DNA of 38,565 nt from Ferroacidibacillus organovorans. GTDB taxonomy: Bacteria; Bacillota; Bacilli; Alicyclobacillales; SLC66. The notes beneath the pieces are model-generated. The model had not been told where the DNA came from and searched no databases. It saw only the letters and a program-made list of their open reading frames with translations. The position numbers and the translations under genes were made by a program. Location: assembly GCF_001642725.1 (NCBI RefSeq), contig NZ_LSUQ01000024.1, forward strand, positions 1 to 38,565, given 5' to 3'. Positions 9,212-18,800 of the stretch are shown here, in pieces. The first letter of the stretch is position 1. The number at the start of each line of letters is the position of its first letter.

Positions 9212-10799
9212 CCTGCATCCCCTCCACGTCTTCACTCTGCCCATCCCCGCGCATAAACCTCGACGCCTCTGCGACAAGCGCCGCGGGAAGCCCAAGCCAG
9301 GCGGCGACTGCGATCCCTTGTCGCAGCTCAGTCCCCGTCGCCTTTGTCAATCGGTAATCCATATGCGTCTTGAGATCTTCCGGCGTGTGACACATCGCAA
9401 GCGCCTCTTTGCTGATCCCGCGCACGGTGAGGTGCGTCGCACCCGGCAAACGCCGCGAAAAGTGCGTCACTGCAAAAGTGACGCCGCTGCGCGCCGTCTG
9501 ACGCTTTTGCAAGATCGCGAAAAGCAGCGCCTCGCCCTCCTGCGGATTCGTCGCGCGCCCCACTTCATCCAGGCACAAAAAGACCTCTTCCTCCGCGAGC
9601 GCTTCCTTGATCGCGAGCACCTCCGCCGCAAACGTGGAGATGCCCGCGTCCAGCGCCTGCTGGTCGCCGCCGATATAGCGCAGCGCCTTGTAGAGCGGCG
9701 CGCGATACGCCGAGGCATACACAGGCGCGCCCCACTGGTGCAGCAGTTGCGCGCTGAGCAGCGTGCGAAGCGCAGCGCTCTTTCCACCCATGTTCATCCC
9801 GGTCAGCAGCGTGACACGCGTTTTGAGCGCGATATCCACAGGTTGAAACGCAGCATAAAAAGGGGGGCGTCCGGCATACAGCTCCGGCGCGTCACCAAGC
9901 TCTGACCACACAAACCCGGCGCGCTGCCTTGCCGCGACACGTCCGAAAAGATCATCCAGCCGCCCGATCTGCACCATCAGCGCGTCCAGCGTCTGCGAAT
10001 CTTTCGCAAGAGTCGCTGAGACGCGCGCGAGCACCTCTGCGCGCAACCGTCGAACGACCCCTTCGCACGCGTCGCGTTGCGCCGTTGCGCGCGTCAGCGC
10101 GGCATCTTCCACCACATCGTACACCCGCTCTTCGCGCGTCGTAAGGCGCAGTCGCAGACGCGGATCACGCAGCATCTCTGCTTCGCGCGCGTCATAAAGC
10201 GGCGCGATCAGCGTGCCGTCGCGGCGCATGGCGCGACCGTACGCTTCGTGAAGCGCGCGACTCACGTTTCGCTTCCCTTGATCAAGCGCCAGGCGCGCGC
10301 GCGCGGATGCATCCGACGCCGCACGGAGCGTAGCGTCCAGCGCATCAAGACAAAAGGCAGGCTCCCCGCCGACAAGCTGAATGAAAGGTGGCGCCGCCGC
10401 ACTGTCCCACCAAGAAAAGCGCAGTGACGCCTGTGCCAACGCGGCGTCAAGAGCGATTGCCAAATGGATTGCGCGATGGAGCGTCGCGAGTTGCGCCTCC
10501 GAGAGTGTGCGTCCTTGCGCAACAGCGGCGCACGCCGCTTCCGTATCGGGAAACAGATCGAGCAACTCTGCCAGACGCTCGTAAAGCGACGCGCGTTCAG
10601 GCGACGAGTAGGAAAACGCTGCATCAAGCGCCCGCGCGTCTGCCTGATCGCACCGCCACGCTTCCTCATCCCCCAGGGAAAACGGCCCACGCGCGCTGCG
10701 ATACGTAGCGCCGCACGCCGTTCGCGTCGGAAACAGCGTCTGCAGCGTTCCCCACGCCACGTAGGCGTCCGTCTCAGCCGTCGTAAAGCGCACCCGCAT
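9171..10799 (-). CDS. kamC: MutS-domain ATPase, lysine 5,6-aminomutase reactivase-type subunit (KamC-like)
   Basis: TGMNMGGKS (Walker A), STFAAE, DEVGRATNPQEG, VTH. Lies between kamB and kamD; ATG 10799 behind GGAGGTGG. Confidence 0.8.
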   Translation of the reverse strand: MRVRFTTAETDAYVAWGTLQTLFPTRTACGATYRSARGPFSLGDEEAWRCDQADARALDAAFSYSSPERASLYERLAELLDLFPDTEAACAAVAQGRTLSEAQLATLHRAIHLAIALDAALAQASLRFSWWDSAAAPPFIQLVGGEPAFCLDALDATLRAASDASARARLALDQGKRNVSRALHEAYGRAMRRDGTLIAPLYDAREAEMLRDPRLRLRLTTREERVYDVVEDAALTRATAQRDACEGVVRRLRAEVLARVSATLAKDSQTLDALMVQIGRLDDLFGRVAARQRAGFVWSELGDAPELYAGRPPFYAAFQPVDIALKTRVTLLTGMNMGGKSAALRTLLSAQLLHQWGAPVYASAYRAPLYKALRYIGGDQQALDAGISTFAAEVLAIKEALAEEEVFLCLDEVGRATNPQEGEALLFAILQKRQTARSGVTFAVTHFSRRLPGATHLTVRGISKEALAMCHTPEDLKTHMDYRLTKATGTELRQGIAVAAWLGLPAALVAEASRFMRGDGQSEDVEGMQGADCEDVACRRED

Positions 10800-11904
10800 C
10801 CACCTCCATCGCGTCGACCACAGGGACATTCACCTCTGCCTTGAGCGCGCGCATCAGCGCGCCGCGTTCAAGGCGTTGCCCGCCGCGCGGCGTCATCGGA
10901 TTGACCGCGACACCAAGCAATGGAACAGACTTCAAGACGCGCAGTCGGTGTCCCCCACGCGCAAACTGCCGCATGGTCTCATCGCTGCAAAAAAGATGGG
11001 CGGCACTGCGCACAATCACCACCTGCGGACGCCTTTGCGCCGCGACGCGCGCAAGCCATGCGTCCGTTACGGCGCCGCCACAATAGAACACACTGTGCGC
11101 ATCCGTTACACGCCCGTCTCGCGCAAAATCGTCTGTGAGCAGACTGCCTTCAGGCAGAAAAAGCGGATCTCCCCAGACCGTCTCACCGTCGCGGTCACAC
11201 GGCAATGCGACAAGGCCATTTACAGATGCGAGTTCCGGCAGTTGCCGCGCGAGTTCCGGCTCTAGTTCGGATAGACGCAGGCGCAAAAGTGCGGATTTTG
11301 CGACCGCAACCGTCTCTTGGAGCGAGCCGCGCACGTTTCCCACCGCGAGAACGACACCATCGGCAAGCTCCGAATCGACCGCAGCCATCCGCGAAAGCGC
11401 TCCATCGATCAGCATGTAAGCCGCTCCTCGCGCAAAAAACTGCGTCTTGAGCGCTAGCAACTGCTCCTTTTGCCGGACGCCTGCCAAAACGACCGAACCG
11501 GGTGTGCGCGTCTGCCCGATCCACACCTCGCCTAAGGGCGAGGTGATCGACGTTGGCGCGTGCCAAGCCATGGCTGCCGACGAATCGGCATTCGCCGTGA
11601 TCACCGTCGCAACCCATGTCCCCTGTCGGCAGACGATCTGCGGCTTTGGCGTACCCAAGATCACGTCAGCCCGCTCGCCATCCACGCCGATGCTCACCAG
11701 CGCAAGCGACGCGCGAGGTGCGCACTGGAGCAGCGCGCCAAGTAGTGTCGTCTTCCCGGCATGCTTGTTCGTGCCGACCACGGCCAGCGCGCGTACGCCT
11801 AATGCCTCAGCCCGCGCCCAGATCTCCGTGATCACGTCGCGCTTCGCGAATACGTCGCGTGCCACGAACACGTCGCGCCGGTTTGGCGTCGCGCGCGACC
11901 GCAC
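10774..11904 (-). CDS. kamB: P-loop protein, lysine aminomutase reactivase-associated (KamB-like)
   Basis: VVGTNKHAGKTT, SIGVDGE, LIDGALSR, GVAVNP; position after kamA. Start ambiguous. Confidence 0.75.
   Translation of the reverse strand: MRSRATPNRRDVFVARDVFAKRDVITEIWARAEALGVRALAVVGTNKHAGKTTLLGALLQCAPRASLALVSIGVDGERADVILGTPKPQIVCRQGTWVATVITANADSSAAMAWHAPTSITSPLGEVWIGQTRTPGSVVLAGVRQKEQLLALKTQFFARGAAYMLIDGALSRMAAVDSELADGVVLAVGNVRGSLQETVAVAKSALLRLRLSELEPELARQLPELASVNGLVALPCDRDGETVWGDPLFLPEGSLLTDDFARDGRVTDAHSVFYCGGAVTDAWLARVAAQRRPQVVIVRSAAHLFCSDETMRQFARGGHRLRVLKSVPLLGVAVNPMTPRGGQRLERGALMRALKAEVNVPVVDAMEVDAGALYDG
11824..11893. repeat. Imperfect tandem repeat (units of 18,18,18 and 16 nt) at the 5' end of kamB
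   Basis: Core (a/g)cgtcgcg at 11834, 11852, 11870, 11886; encodes RDVFVA-RDVFAK-RDVITE. Confidence 0.75.
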
Positions 11905-11923
11905 CCATCACGCACTTCTCCCA

Positions 11924-13276
11924 TTACGCATCGCCATCCCATGTCCCGCCACGCATCGCCTGATTTTGAGGCGCCTGCCGCCCTGCACCCTCACCTTGGT
12001 GCCCCGCCGCGCGGTGCAAGCCCTTCGGCTCAAGGCTCAGTGCCTGATTGTTAAGCAGCTTCGCGACGCCAATCGCCTCTTCTTCGTGGTTGTGCGTGCA
12101 CGTCGGCGGACACCCTTGATCCTCGTAGACCGGCTCGTTGTAAACTGAGATGACCCCTTCAAAATTGCGCAAGATCACTTTGCTGTGCCCTTGCGAGATC
12201 AGGTATTGCGGCATGACCGGAATCTTGCCGCCGCCACCCGGCGCATCGACGACAAAGGTGGGAACAGCGTAGCCAGACGTGTGACCACGCAGTTGCTCCA
12301 TGATTTCGAGCCCTTTGGAGACGGTCGTCCGGAAATGGCTGATGCCCTCTGACAGATCGCACTGATAGATGTAATAAGGACGGACGCGAATTTTGACAAG
12401 GTCGTGCATCAGTTTTTTCATGATGTGCGCGCAATCGTTCACGCCGCGCATCAGCACCGACTGATTGCCCAAGGGCACACCCGCGTCAGCGAGTCGCTCG
12501 CACGCAAGTTTTGCCTCCGGCGTGATCTCATCCGGGTGGTTGAAGTGCGTATTGATCCACACCGGGTGGTACTTGCGCAGGATGTTGCAGAGGTTCTCCG
12601 TGATGCGCTGCGGGAAGACGACAGGCGCGCGCGTTCCGATGCGAATGATCTCGACGTGCGGGATCGCGCGCAGGCTTGAGATGATGTATTCGAGGATCTT
12701 GTCATTGACGAGCAGCCCGTCGCCGCCAGAGAGCAGCACATCGCGAACGGCTGGCGTGCGGCGGATGTAGTCGATCGCCGCGTCGAGTTGCGGCTTTGGC
12801 ACCGCGTGCCCGACAGCGCCTGAAAAGCGGCGGCGCGTGCAGTGACGGCAGTACATCGAGCACTGATTGGTGATTAAAAAGAGAACGCGATCCGGATAGC
12901 GGTGCGTCAAACCGGGCGCGGGAGCATCCTCGTCTTCTGCGAGCGGGTCCTCCATATCCCACGGCGAGCGAGACATCTCATGCGACAGTGGAACCGCTTG
13001 CAAACGAACGGGACAGTTCGGATCATCCGGGTGCATCAGCATCGCGTAATACGGCGTGATGCGCAGCGGAATAGTCTCCTTGACACGCGAGACGCCAATT
13101 TTTTCCTCAGGCGTCAGATTGACCACTTGCGCAAGATCCTCCATGGTATCAATCGTGTGCGTGAGTTGCCACTTCCAGTCGTTCCACTGCTCATCCGTGA
13201 CGTCCTTGTAGAGCGGAATATCGCGAAAGTGTCGCTGTTTTTTTCCGTACAAAATCTCGTGTGGCGCAAGGCTCAT
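11924..13276 (-). CDS. kamA: L-lysine 2,3-aminomutase (radical SAM, PLP)
   Basis: GLTHRYPDRVL, CSMYCRHCTRRR, LSGGD, DAPGGGGKIP. Confidence 0.97.
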   Translation of the reverse strand: MSLAPHEILYGKKQRHFRDIPLYKDVTDEQWNDWKWQLTHTIDTMEDLAQVVNLTPEEKIGVSRVKETIPLRITPYYAMLMHPDDPNCPVRLQAVPLSHEMSRSPWDMEDPLAEDEDAPAPGLTHRYPDRVLFLITNQCSMYCRHCTRRRFSGAVGHAVPKPQLDAAIDYIRRTPAVRDVLLSGGDGLLVNDKILEYIISSLRAIPHVEIIRIGTRAPVVFPQRITENLCNILRKYHPVWINTHFNHPDEITPEAKLACERLADAGVPLGNQSVLMRGVNDCAHIMKKLMHDLVKIRVRPYYIYQCDLSEGISHFRTTVSKGLEIMEQLRGHTSGYAVPTFVVDAPGGGGKIPVMPQYLISQGHSKVILRNFEGVISVYNEPVYEDQGCPPTCTHNHEEEAIGVAKLLNNQALSLEPKGLHRAAGHQGEGAGRQAPQNQAMRGGTWDGDA

Positions 13277-14331
13277 TGTGGTGTTCCTCCCCCGGTTGGT
13301 TGTGCGAGTTTCGCTGCAAAGACAGCCTGCAATTTGGGTTCATTCCGCACGAGTTCAAACGCCAGCTCTGCGTGCCCCTCTGCGTATCCGTTGCCAATCA
13401 GCATGTCGACGTCTTTGCCAACACCCTCCGCCCCGAGCGCGGCCGCTGTGAAGGAGGTCGCCATGCTAAAGAAGTAAACCAGCCCGCGCGTGCGGGTCAC
13501 CAGAATGGAAGCAAGTTCCGTGCCAGGTGCACTTACACAGTTGATGGTGACATCCGCAAGCACCCCGTCTGTCACATTCATCATCGCGTTCAGCGTTTGC
13601 ACAGGGTCACGCGCGTCCGCCAATACCACATGGTCCGCACAACCGAGTTCGCGCAGCGCTTGCGCCGATTTTTCGGCAGTTTCAAACGCGATCAGCCGCC
13701 CCGCTTCGCCGATTTTTCGGCGCGCCTGAACGGCGGACAGCATCCCCGATTTGCCGCCTCCGCCGAAAATCGCCACCGTCTGCCCCGGTTGACAGATGCG
13801 CGCCACCTGCGCTGGCGCCCCGCACACATCACACACAGCGAGCGCGAGCGCTTCAGGTAAATCACTCGGCAGGCGCGCAAGCAGTCCGCTTGAAAAAAGA
13901 ACGGCGGTGCCGCTACAGACGACTTGGCCTGTATCTAGATGAATCGAGTGAATCGCCTCTATGTGCAGCGGTGTGAGCGAGAGTGACACGAGGGTCGCAA
14001 TGCGATCTCCTGGCGCAATGGCCGCTCTATTTTCATAGTTGACGCCGATTTCCCTTACCGTGCCAAGCAGCATGCCGCCGGACCCAGTCACTGGGTTGTG
14101 AAGCTTCCCGCGCTCACGGATGATAGACAGGATGCGCTCGGAAACGGCGTGCTCGTCACGTCCGACATCCGCGATGATTTGCTGAAACGACGCGGCATCT
14201 ACATTGAGCGCCGACACGTCGATCAGCACTTCATCCTCGCTGCACACCGCTGTGGCGTCGAGCCGCCACGCGGGTTGCGGCATTGCACCGCGCGGTTCGA
14301 GCACACGCCTTATGCCGTATGGATCAGACAC
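13273..14331 (-). CDS. kdd: L-erythro-3,5-diaminohexanoate dehydrogenase
   Basis: DPYGIRRVLEP..PQPAWRLD, RGKLHNPVTGSGGML, GGGGKSG, FSMATSFTAAALGAEGVG. GTG 14331 behind AAGGAGG. Confidence 0.93.
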   Translation of the reverse strand: MSDPYGIRRVLEPRGAMPQPAWRLDATAVCSEDEVLIDVSALNVDAASFQQIIADVGRDEHAVSERILSIIRERGKLHNPVTGSGGMLLGTVREIGVNYENRAAIAPGDRIATLVSLSLTPLHIEAIHSIHLDTGQVVCSGTAVLFSSGLLARLPSDLPEALALAVCDVCGAPAQVARICQPGQTVAIFGGGGKSGMLSAVQARRKIGEAGRLIAFETAEKSAQALRELGCADHVVLADARDPVQTLNAMMNVTDGVLADVTINCVSAPGTELASILVTRTRGLVYFFSMATSFTAAALGAEGVGKDVDMLIGNGYAEGHAELAFELVRNEPKLQAVFAAKLAQPTGGGTPQ

Positions 14332-14384
14332 AAAAAATCCTCCTTGCGCCATCGTTTCGTCATCAACGATCTTGCAAGAAGGTA

Positions 14385-14400
14385 AGCAATTTTCATGCCA
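14385..14400 (-). promoter_or_regulatory. Sigma54 (SigL) -24/-12 promoter of the kam operon
   Basis: Minus strand TGGCAT-GAAAA-TTGCT matches TGGCAC-N5-TTGCW, about 55 nt upstream of kdd. Confidence 0.85.
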
Positions 14401-14410
14401 AATAATATCA

Positions 14411-14464
14411 AAAAGGAAACTCTCCCTTCGTCATTTGAAATGACGCTTGAGAAAGTTCCCTTTT
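14411..14464 (-). terminator. Long hairpin/terminator between the small ORF and the sigma54 promoter
   Basis: AAAAGGGAACUUUCUC...GGGAGAGUUUCCUUUUU enclosing CGUCAUU-UCA-AAUGACG. Confidence 0.65.
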
Positions 14465-14480
14465 CCGCAATTGGGCTGAC

Positions 14481-14648
14481 TTAATACTCTTTCCGATTAA
14501 TACCTCGAATCGCTCTCGCGATTTCAACGAGACTATCGGCCAATTCATCCTCAGCTCGCTCGAACTTACGATGCAAAAGAAAGCGTTTCGCTTCTTGCAG
14601 TTCCTTGATGGCTTCATTGATGTCTCGAACAGGATGGTGGTGTGTCAT
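14481..14648 (-). CDS. Small helical hypothetical protein, 55 aa (not in the ORF track)
   Basis: Perfect RBS AAGGAGGTGA, ATG 14648: MTHHHPVRDINEAIKELQEAKRFLLHRKFERAEDELADSLVEIARAIRGINRKEY, followed by a terminator. Confidence 0.75.
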   Translation of the reverse strand: MTHHHPVRDINEAIKELQEAKRFLLHRKFERAEDELADSLVEIARAIRGINRKEY

Positions 14649-14770
14649 AAGATATCACCTCCTTACTATTCGTACATCATACGTCGCTCAGAGAAACTTG
14701 CGTATGCGAGTATCCTAGTCCATCATCACGTTGTTGCAAATTATAATCTGGCAACCACTATGGAGATAGG

Positions 14771-15310
14771 CTAGCGCAGCGCCTTTAACGCGTTTCGCAC
14801 ATCGCCGTAGAGGCGGTAGAAGTCGTCGCGACTGTGCGTCGGAAGCGCGCCAAGAAACGCTTGAACATTCGCTTGGCGGTGCGCGATGACTTCGCGAATC
14901 AACGCCTCTCCCCGCTCTGTCAGCGCAAACCACACGACGCGTCGATCATCGACATCCACGGTGCGCTCCAGCAACTGCTTCTCGACGAGTCCGTGCGTAA
15001 GCGTCGTGACGGGCCCCGACGTGATGCCCATCATCTCGCCGATCTGGCTCGCCGTTGCGCGCGACACCTGGCGAACCTTCCGCAAAAGGATTGTCTGCTT
15101 TGGCGTGATGCCGTGAATCTCTGGCTCTGAGCCGAGCAGTTGCAGTTCAAGGTCTTTCAAAAGATCATAGATCACAATGTCAAGATCCTGAATGCCGTTT
15201 GGCAAAATCCCTTTTCCGCACGGAGTCTGTTGCTCCGTTAAGAGCGAACCCCCATTTTGCGACTCCTCTTCTTGCCGACATGAGCATTCTGGTCGCTGTT
15301 CTTTCATCAC
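14771..15310 (-). CDS. MarR-family transcriptional regulator
   Basis: ITPKQTILL, LVEKQLLER, DDRRVVWFALTERG; Cys-containing N-terminal extension. Confidence 0.9.
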   Translation of the reverse strand: MMKEQRPECSCRQEEESQNGGSLLTEQQTPCGKGILPNGIQDLDIVIYDLLKDLELQLLGSEPEIHGITPKQTILLRKVRQVSRATASQIGEMMGITSGPVTTLTHGLVEKQLLERTVDVDDRRVVWFALTERGEALIREVIAHRQANVQAFLGALPTHSRDDFYRLYGDVRNALKALR

Positions 15311-15861
15311 GCGTCACCTCTCTCATCCCGCATCGGCCACGGATGTTTTACAACTTCCCATGCCAGCGCGCGATACGCTTCGACCTGCTCTTCCAATTTC
15401 ATTCGCACCAAGCCGCTCGTTGCCGGCGCGACAAAATAGCGCGTTTCTTCATCGATTTGAGATTCCACTAGCTGAGACTCCACAAAGCCAAACGCCCGAA
15501 TCGCCTTGCCAAAAAACGCTTGCGCAACCCCTTTTCCGACGAGACAGGCGATCTTTGGTCGATAGGTTTCAACCTTTGCGCGCAATAAGATTGCCCCTTC
15601 GCGATACTCTTCACGCGACAGTTCATCCGCCCTGCGCGTCGGGCGCGCGACAATATTCGTAAACCCATAGCCGTATTCCGGCAAGAGAAGGGGACTCTCC
15701 TGCGGCGTAAAGAGCCGCGTTGTGAGTCCCGAGTGATACAGTATGGTATAAAAGCGGTTGGATCGTCCAGCATAGTTAAAACCAGATTCGTGCGAGCGAA
15801 GAGAAGGGTTGAAACCGATGAAGAGAACGCGCAATCCTGACGCTAAACGCTCCGTTTTCAT
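15307..15861 (-). CDS. mug: Mismatch-specific uracil/thymine DNA glycosylase (MUG/TDG family)
   Basis: LRVLFIGFNPS, YAGRSNRFY, GFTNIVARPT, PATSG. Confidence 0.88.
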   Translation of the reverse strand: MKTERLASGLRVLFIGFNPSLRSHESGFNYAGRSNRFYTILYHSGLTTRLFTPQESPLLLPEYGYGFTNIVARPTRRADELSREEYREGAILLRAKVETYRPKIACLVGKGVAQAFFGKAIRAFGFVESQLVESQIDEETRYFVAPATSGLVRMKLEEQVEAYRALAWEVVKHPWPMRDERGDA

Positions 15862-15894
15862 CCGATTTCGCCCCTTCCTCTCTCAAGCTTTTTC

Positions 15895-18800
15895 TCAGTC
15901 TACCATTAGCGCGCCATCGCGTGCACGCGCGCGGCGCCCGTCCGTCTCATCCCCTGCTTCATCGCGCGTGAAAAACGGCCAGTGGTGTGCGCGACCAATC
16001 ACCGAAACGGCTGACGGAACGAAGAATCCTAGCAAGAGCCCCGTGTAAATAAAAAGCCCTAAAACTACGGAGGAACCAATCTCAAGAAGTGCGGTAACTC
16101 CAGCGACGGTCATCGAACCAAACGTTCCCGCCATGATGATCGCAGCCGCAAAGACGACGCCCCCCATACGCTGCATCGCGAGCCGTATCGCCGCGCGCGG
16201 TGCCAAGCCCTCTTTTAATATCTCATCGAAGCGCGCCATTAAAAAGATGCTGTAATCGACGCCGAGCGCCACCAAGAGAAGCAGGGAGAAAAAGGGCACC
16301 GTCCAGTCGATTCCCGTGTAGTGAAGTATCGAGACAAACACAACCTGCATGACGCCCATCGTCACAAAATAGCTGGCGATCAGCGACACCAGGATGTAGA
16401 GCGGCGCGAGCAGCGATCGCAACATGATGGCGAGCAGGACGAAGATGGCGAGGAAAATGAGAGACACGGTGCGTAAAAAATCGGCGTTTGAGATCTGATT
16501 AAGATCCTGCTGGCCTGCGCTCGTTCCGCCCATATACACCTGACCTGTGTGAAGTGGGCTCATTGCAAGCGCCACTTGCGCGACATTGCGGAGTTTCGCC
16601 ACATCTGAAAGAGCAGCCGCACTGTACGGGTTGACCGTGAGATCGACCGTAAACTGCGCAATATGACCGTTTGGCGAAACGAACGCATTCAGCGCTTTTC
16701 GTAAAGACGCATTGTGCGCCACAACCGACGCCGGGACATAGAATCCTGGATTGCCGTTTTGCGTGGCATTCTGTGATTGATTCAGCGCCTGATTGGCAGA
16801 GCTTAACCCGCTGTGAAGGTGTGTCGCACCGCTCGCCGCTTTGGCGATTCCGTTTTGCAATTGCGAAGTACCTGCCGCAGACTGTGCCACGCCTGACGCC
16901 ACCTGCGCGGCGCCTGTCGCCAATTGTCCTGAGGATGTCGCGAGTCGCGTGGCGCCTGTCGCAAGTTGTTGCGCGCCATTCGCGAGTGCAGTTCCACCCT
17001 GATGGAGTGAAGACGCACCCGCCGTAAGCTTACCAGACGCAGTTGCGAGCGCCTGCATGCCTTGGGATAGCGGGGCCATCCCTGTCGCGAGTTTGACGGT
17101 CGACGCGTGGATTATCGACGCGCCTGACGCCAATTGAGCCGTGCCACTCGCCGTTTGCGAAAGTCCCTGCGCGAGCGCGTCCGACATCCCAAGAATCTGT
17201 TGTAGCGATGCGTCACTCGAACTTGGATGCGCTTTGATCCACGCTGCGAGCGCCTGGTTCATTTGTGCTGACAGTCCTGAGAGTTTAGCGCTTGAAGACT
17301 GGAGACTTTGCAACCCTGTCGCTACTTGCTCTGTACCTGGCGCAAGCTTTGTAAGACCCGCCGATACTTGGGAGAACCCTGCGCCTTCTTGCGTGATCCC
17401 TGATTGCAGTTTGGTCAGGCCTGCGTCAAGCGCCGACGCGCCTGTGGCTAAGGCGTTTGCACCTGTCGCAAGTGCAGGCGTGTGAGAGGAAAACTGTGTA
17501 ACACCTTGGTGGTATTGTGCGAGTCCACGCGAGAGACGCTTTGCGCCCGAGACAAGCTTTGACTGACCAGACACGCCTTGCTGTAGTTTCGAAGCGGTCT
17601 GTGCGAGGCCGTTTGAGAGTTGCCCGAGCCCTGAATTGATTTTCGTGACGCCCTGCGCGATCTGCCCGTTTTGGTGCGCGAGTTCAAACGCGTGAAGCAG
17701 CGTTCCTGTCGGTCTCGTCGCACTGTCCACCTGAGAGACAAGCGGCGCGTGAGCAAGCGCTTGAGAAATCTGCTCAATCGTCGCCAGCCCCTGCGATGTG
17801 CGCAGATTGGAAGGACTCTTCAGGACGACCTGGACTGGCATCACCCGCCCGATGCCAAACGCGTTTGCTACTTCGTTAAATCCTTTGACGGACGGCGCCT
17901 GAGGAATCTCTTCAAGCGAGTTAAACGAACGCAGGTTGGTAAACTGCGCAGCGATTGGCGCGAGCAAGACAATCGAGAGCAAGATCGTCCACCACGGGTG
18001 ACGGGTGGCGATGCGACCAGAGAAACTCCAGATCGCGGAAGGCTTGTGCGCTGCTCCCACGACGGGTCGACGCGGCCAAAAAAGAGTGCGCCCGAAGACC
18101 GCCATGATCGACGGAATCAGTGTCATGCACGCGAGAATCGCAAAAAACACGCCAACGCTTACGCCAACAGCCGAGCGGTAGAGGCCAAAGTTTGCAAAGT
18201 AGAGCACTGCAAATGAGACAAACACGGTCGCCGCGCTAAAGAGAATGGTTTTCGAGACACCGCGCATGGCGGCCGTCATCGCGGCGGGCACATCCGGGTG
18301 ATCTTGCGTCATCTCTTCGCGAAAGCGATTGAGCATCACGATCGAGTAGTCTGTCCCTGCGCCAAACAGGATCGCGATGAGAAAGGTCTGCGTAAATGTA
18401 GAAACCGGAAAACCGTGTAGTGCGAGTTGCGCCACGATCCCTGACGTAATCAGAAAGGATACGCCAATGGTGAGTAGTGTGACAACAGGTGCGATGACCG
18501 AGCGGAACACGAGAAACAGAATGACGAGAATGAGCGCTACCGTGATACCTCCACTTTTGCTCACACCATTCATTGAGATCGTCATGTTATCGACGGTAAT
18601 CGGTGTATCGCCCGTCAAGCTCACATGCGCGCCCTGCGGTGGGTGTGCAAAGAGCGTTTGCATCTTTTGATACCCAGTCTGTGCCGCCTTCGTGGTGTCA
18701 CTCTGTGACATCCCTAGAAAGGCGATCTCTGTCGTTCCGTTTTTACTAAAAAACGATGACTTGGCCTGCGGTGTCTGCGCCGCCGACTGAATGGTGCTCA

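Noticed and set aside
9171..10799. Mismatch-repair mutS or mutS2
   Set aside because: It lacks mismatch-binding and Smr domains and sits between kamB and kamD, matching KamC.
16800..17680. Repetitive sequence inside the MMPL gene
   Set aside because: These are the usual xxLxxG heptad repeats of this transporter subfamily.
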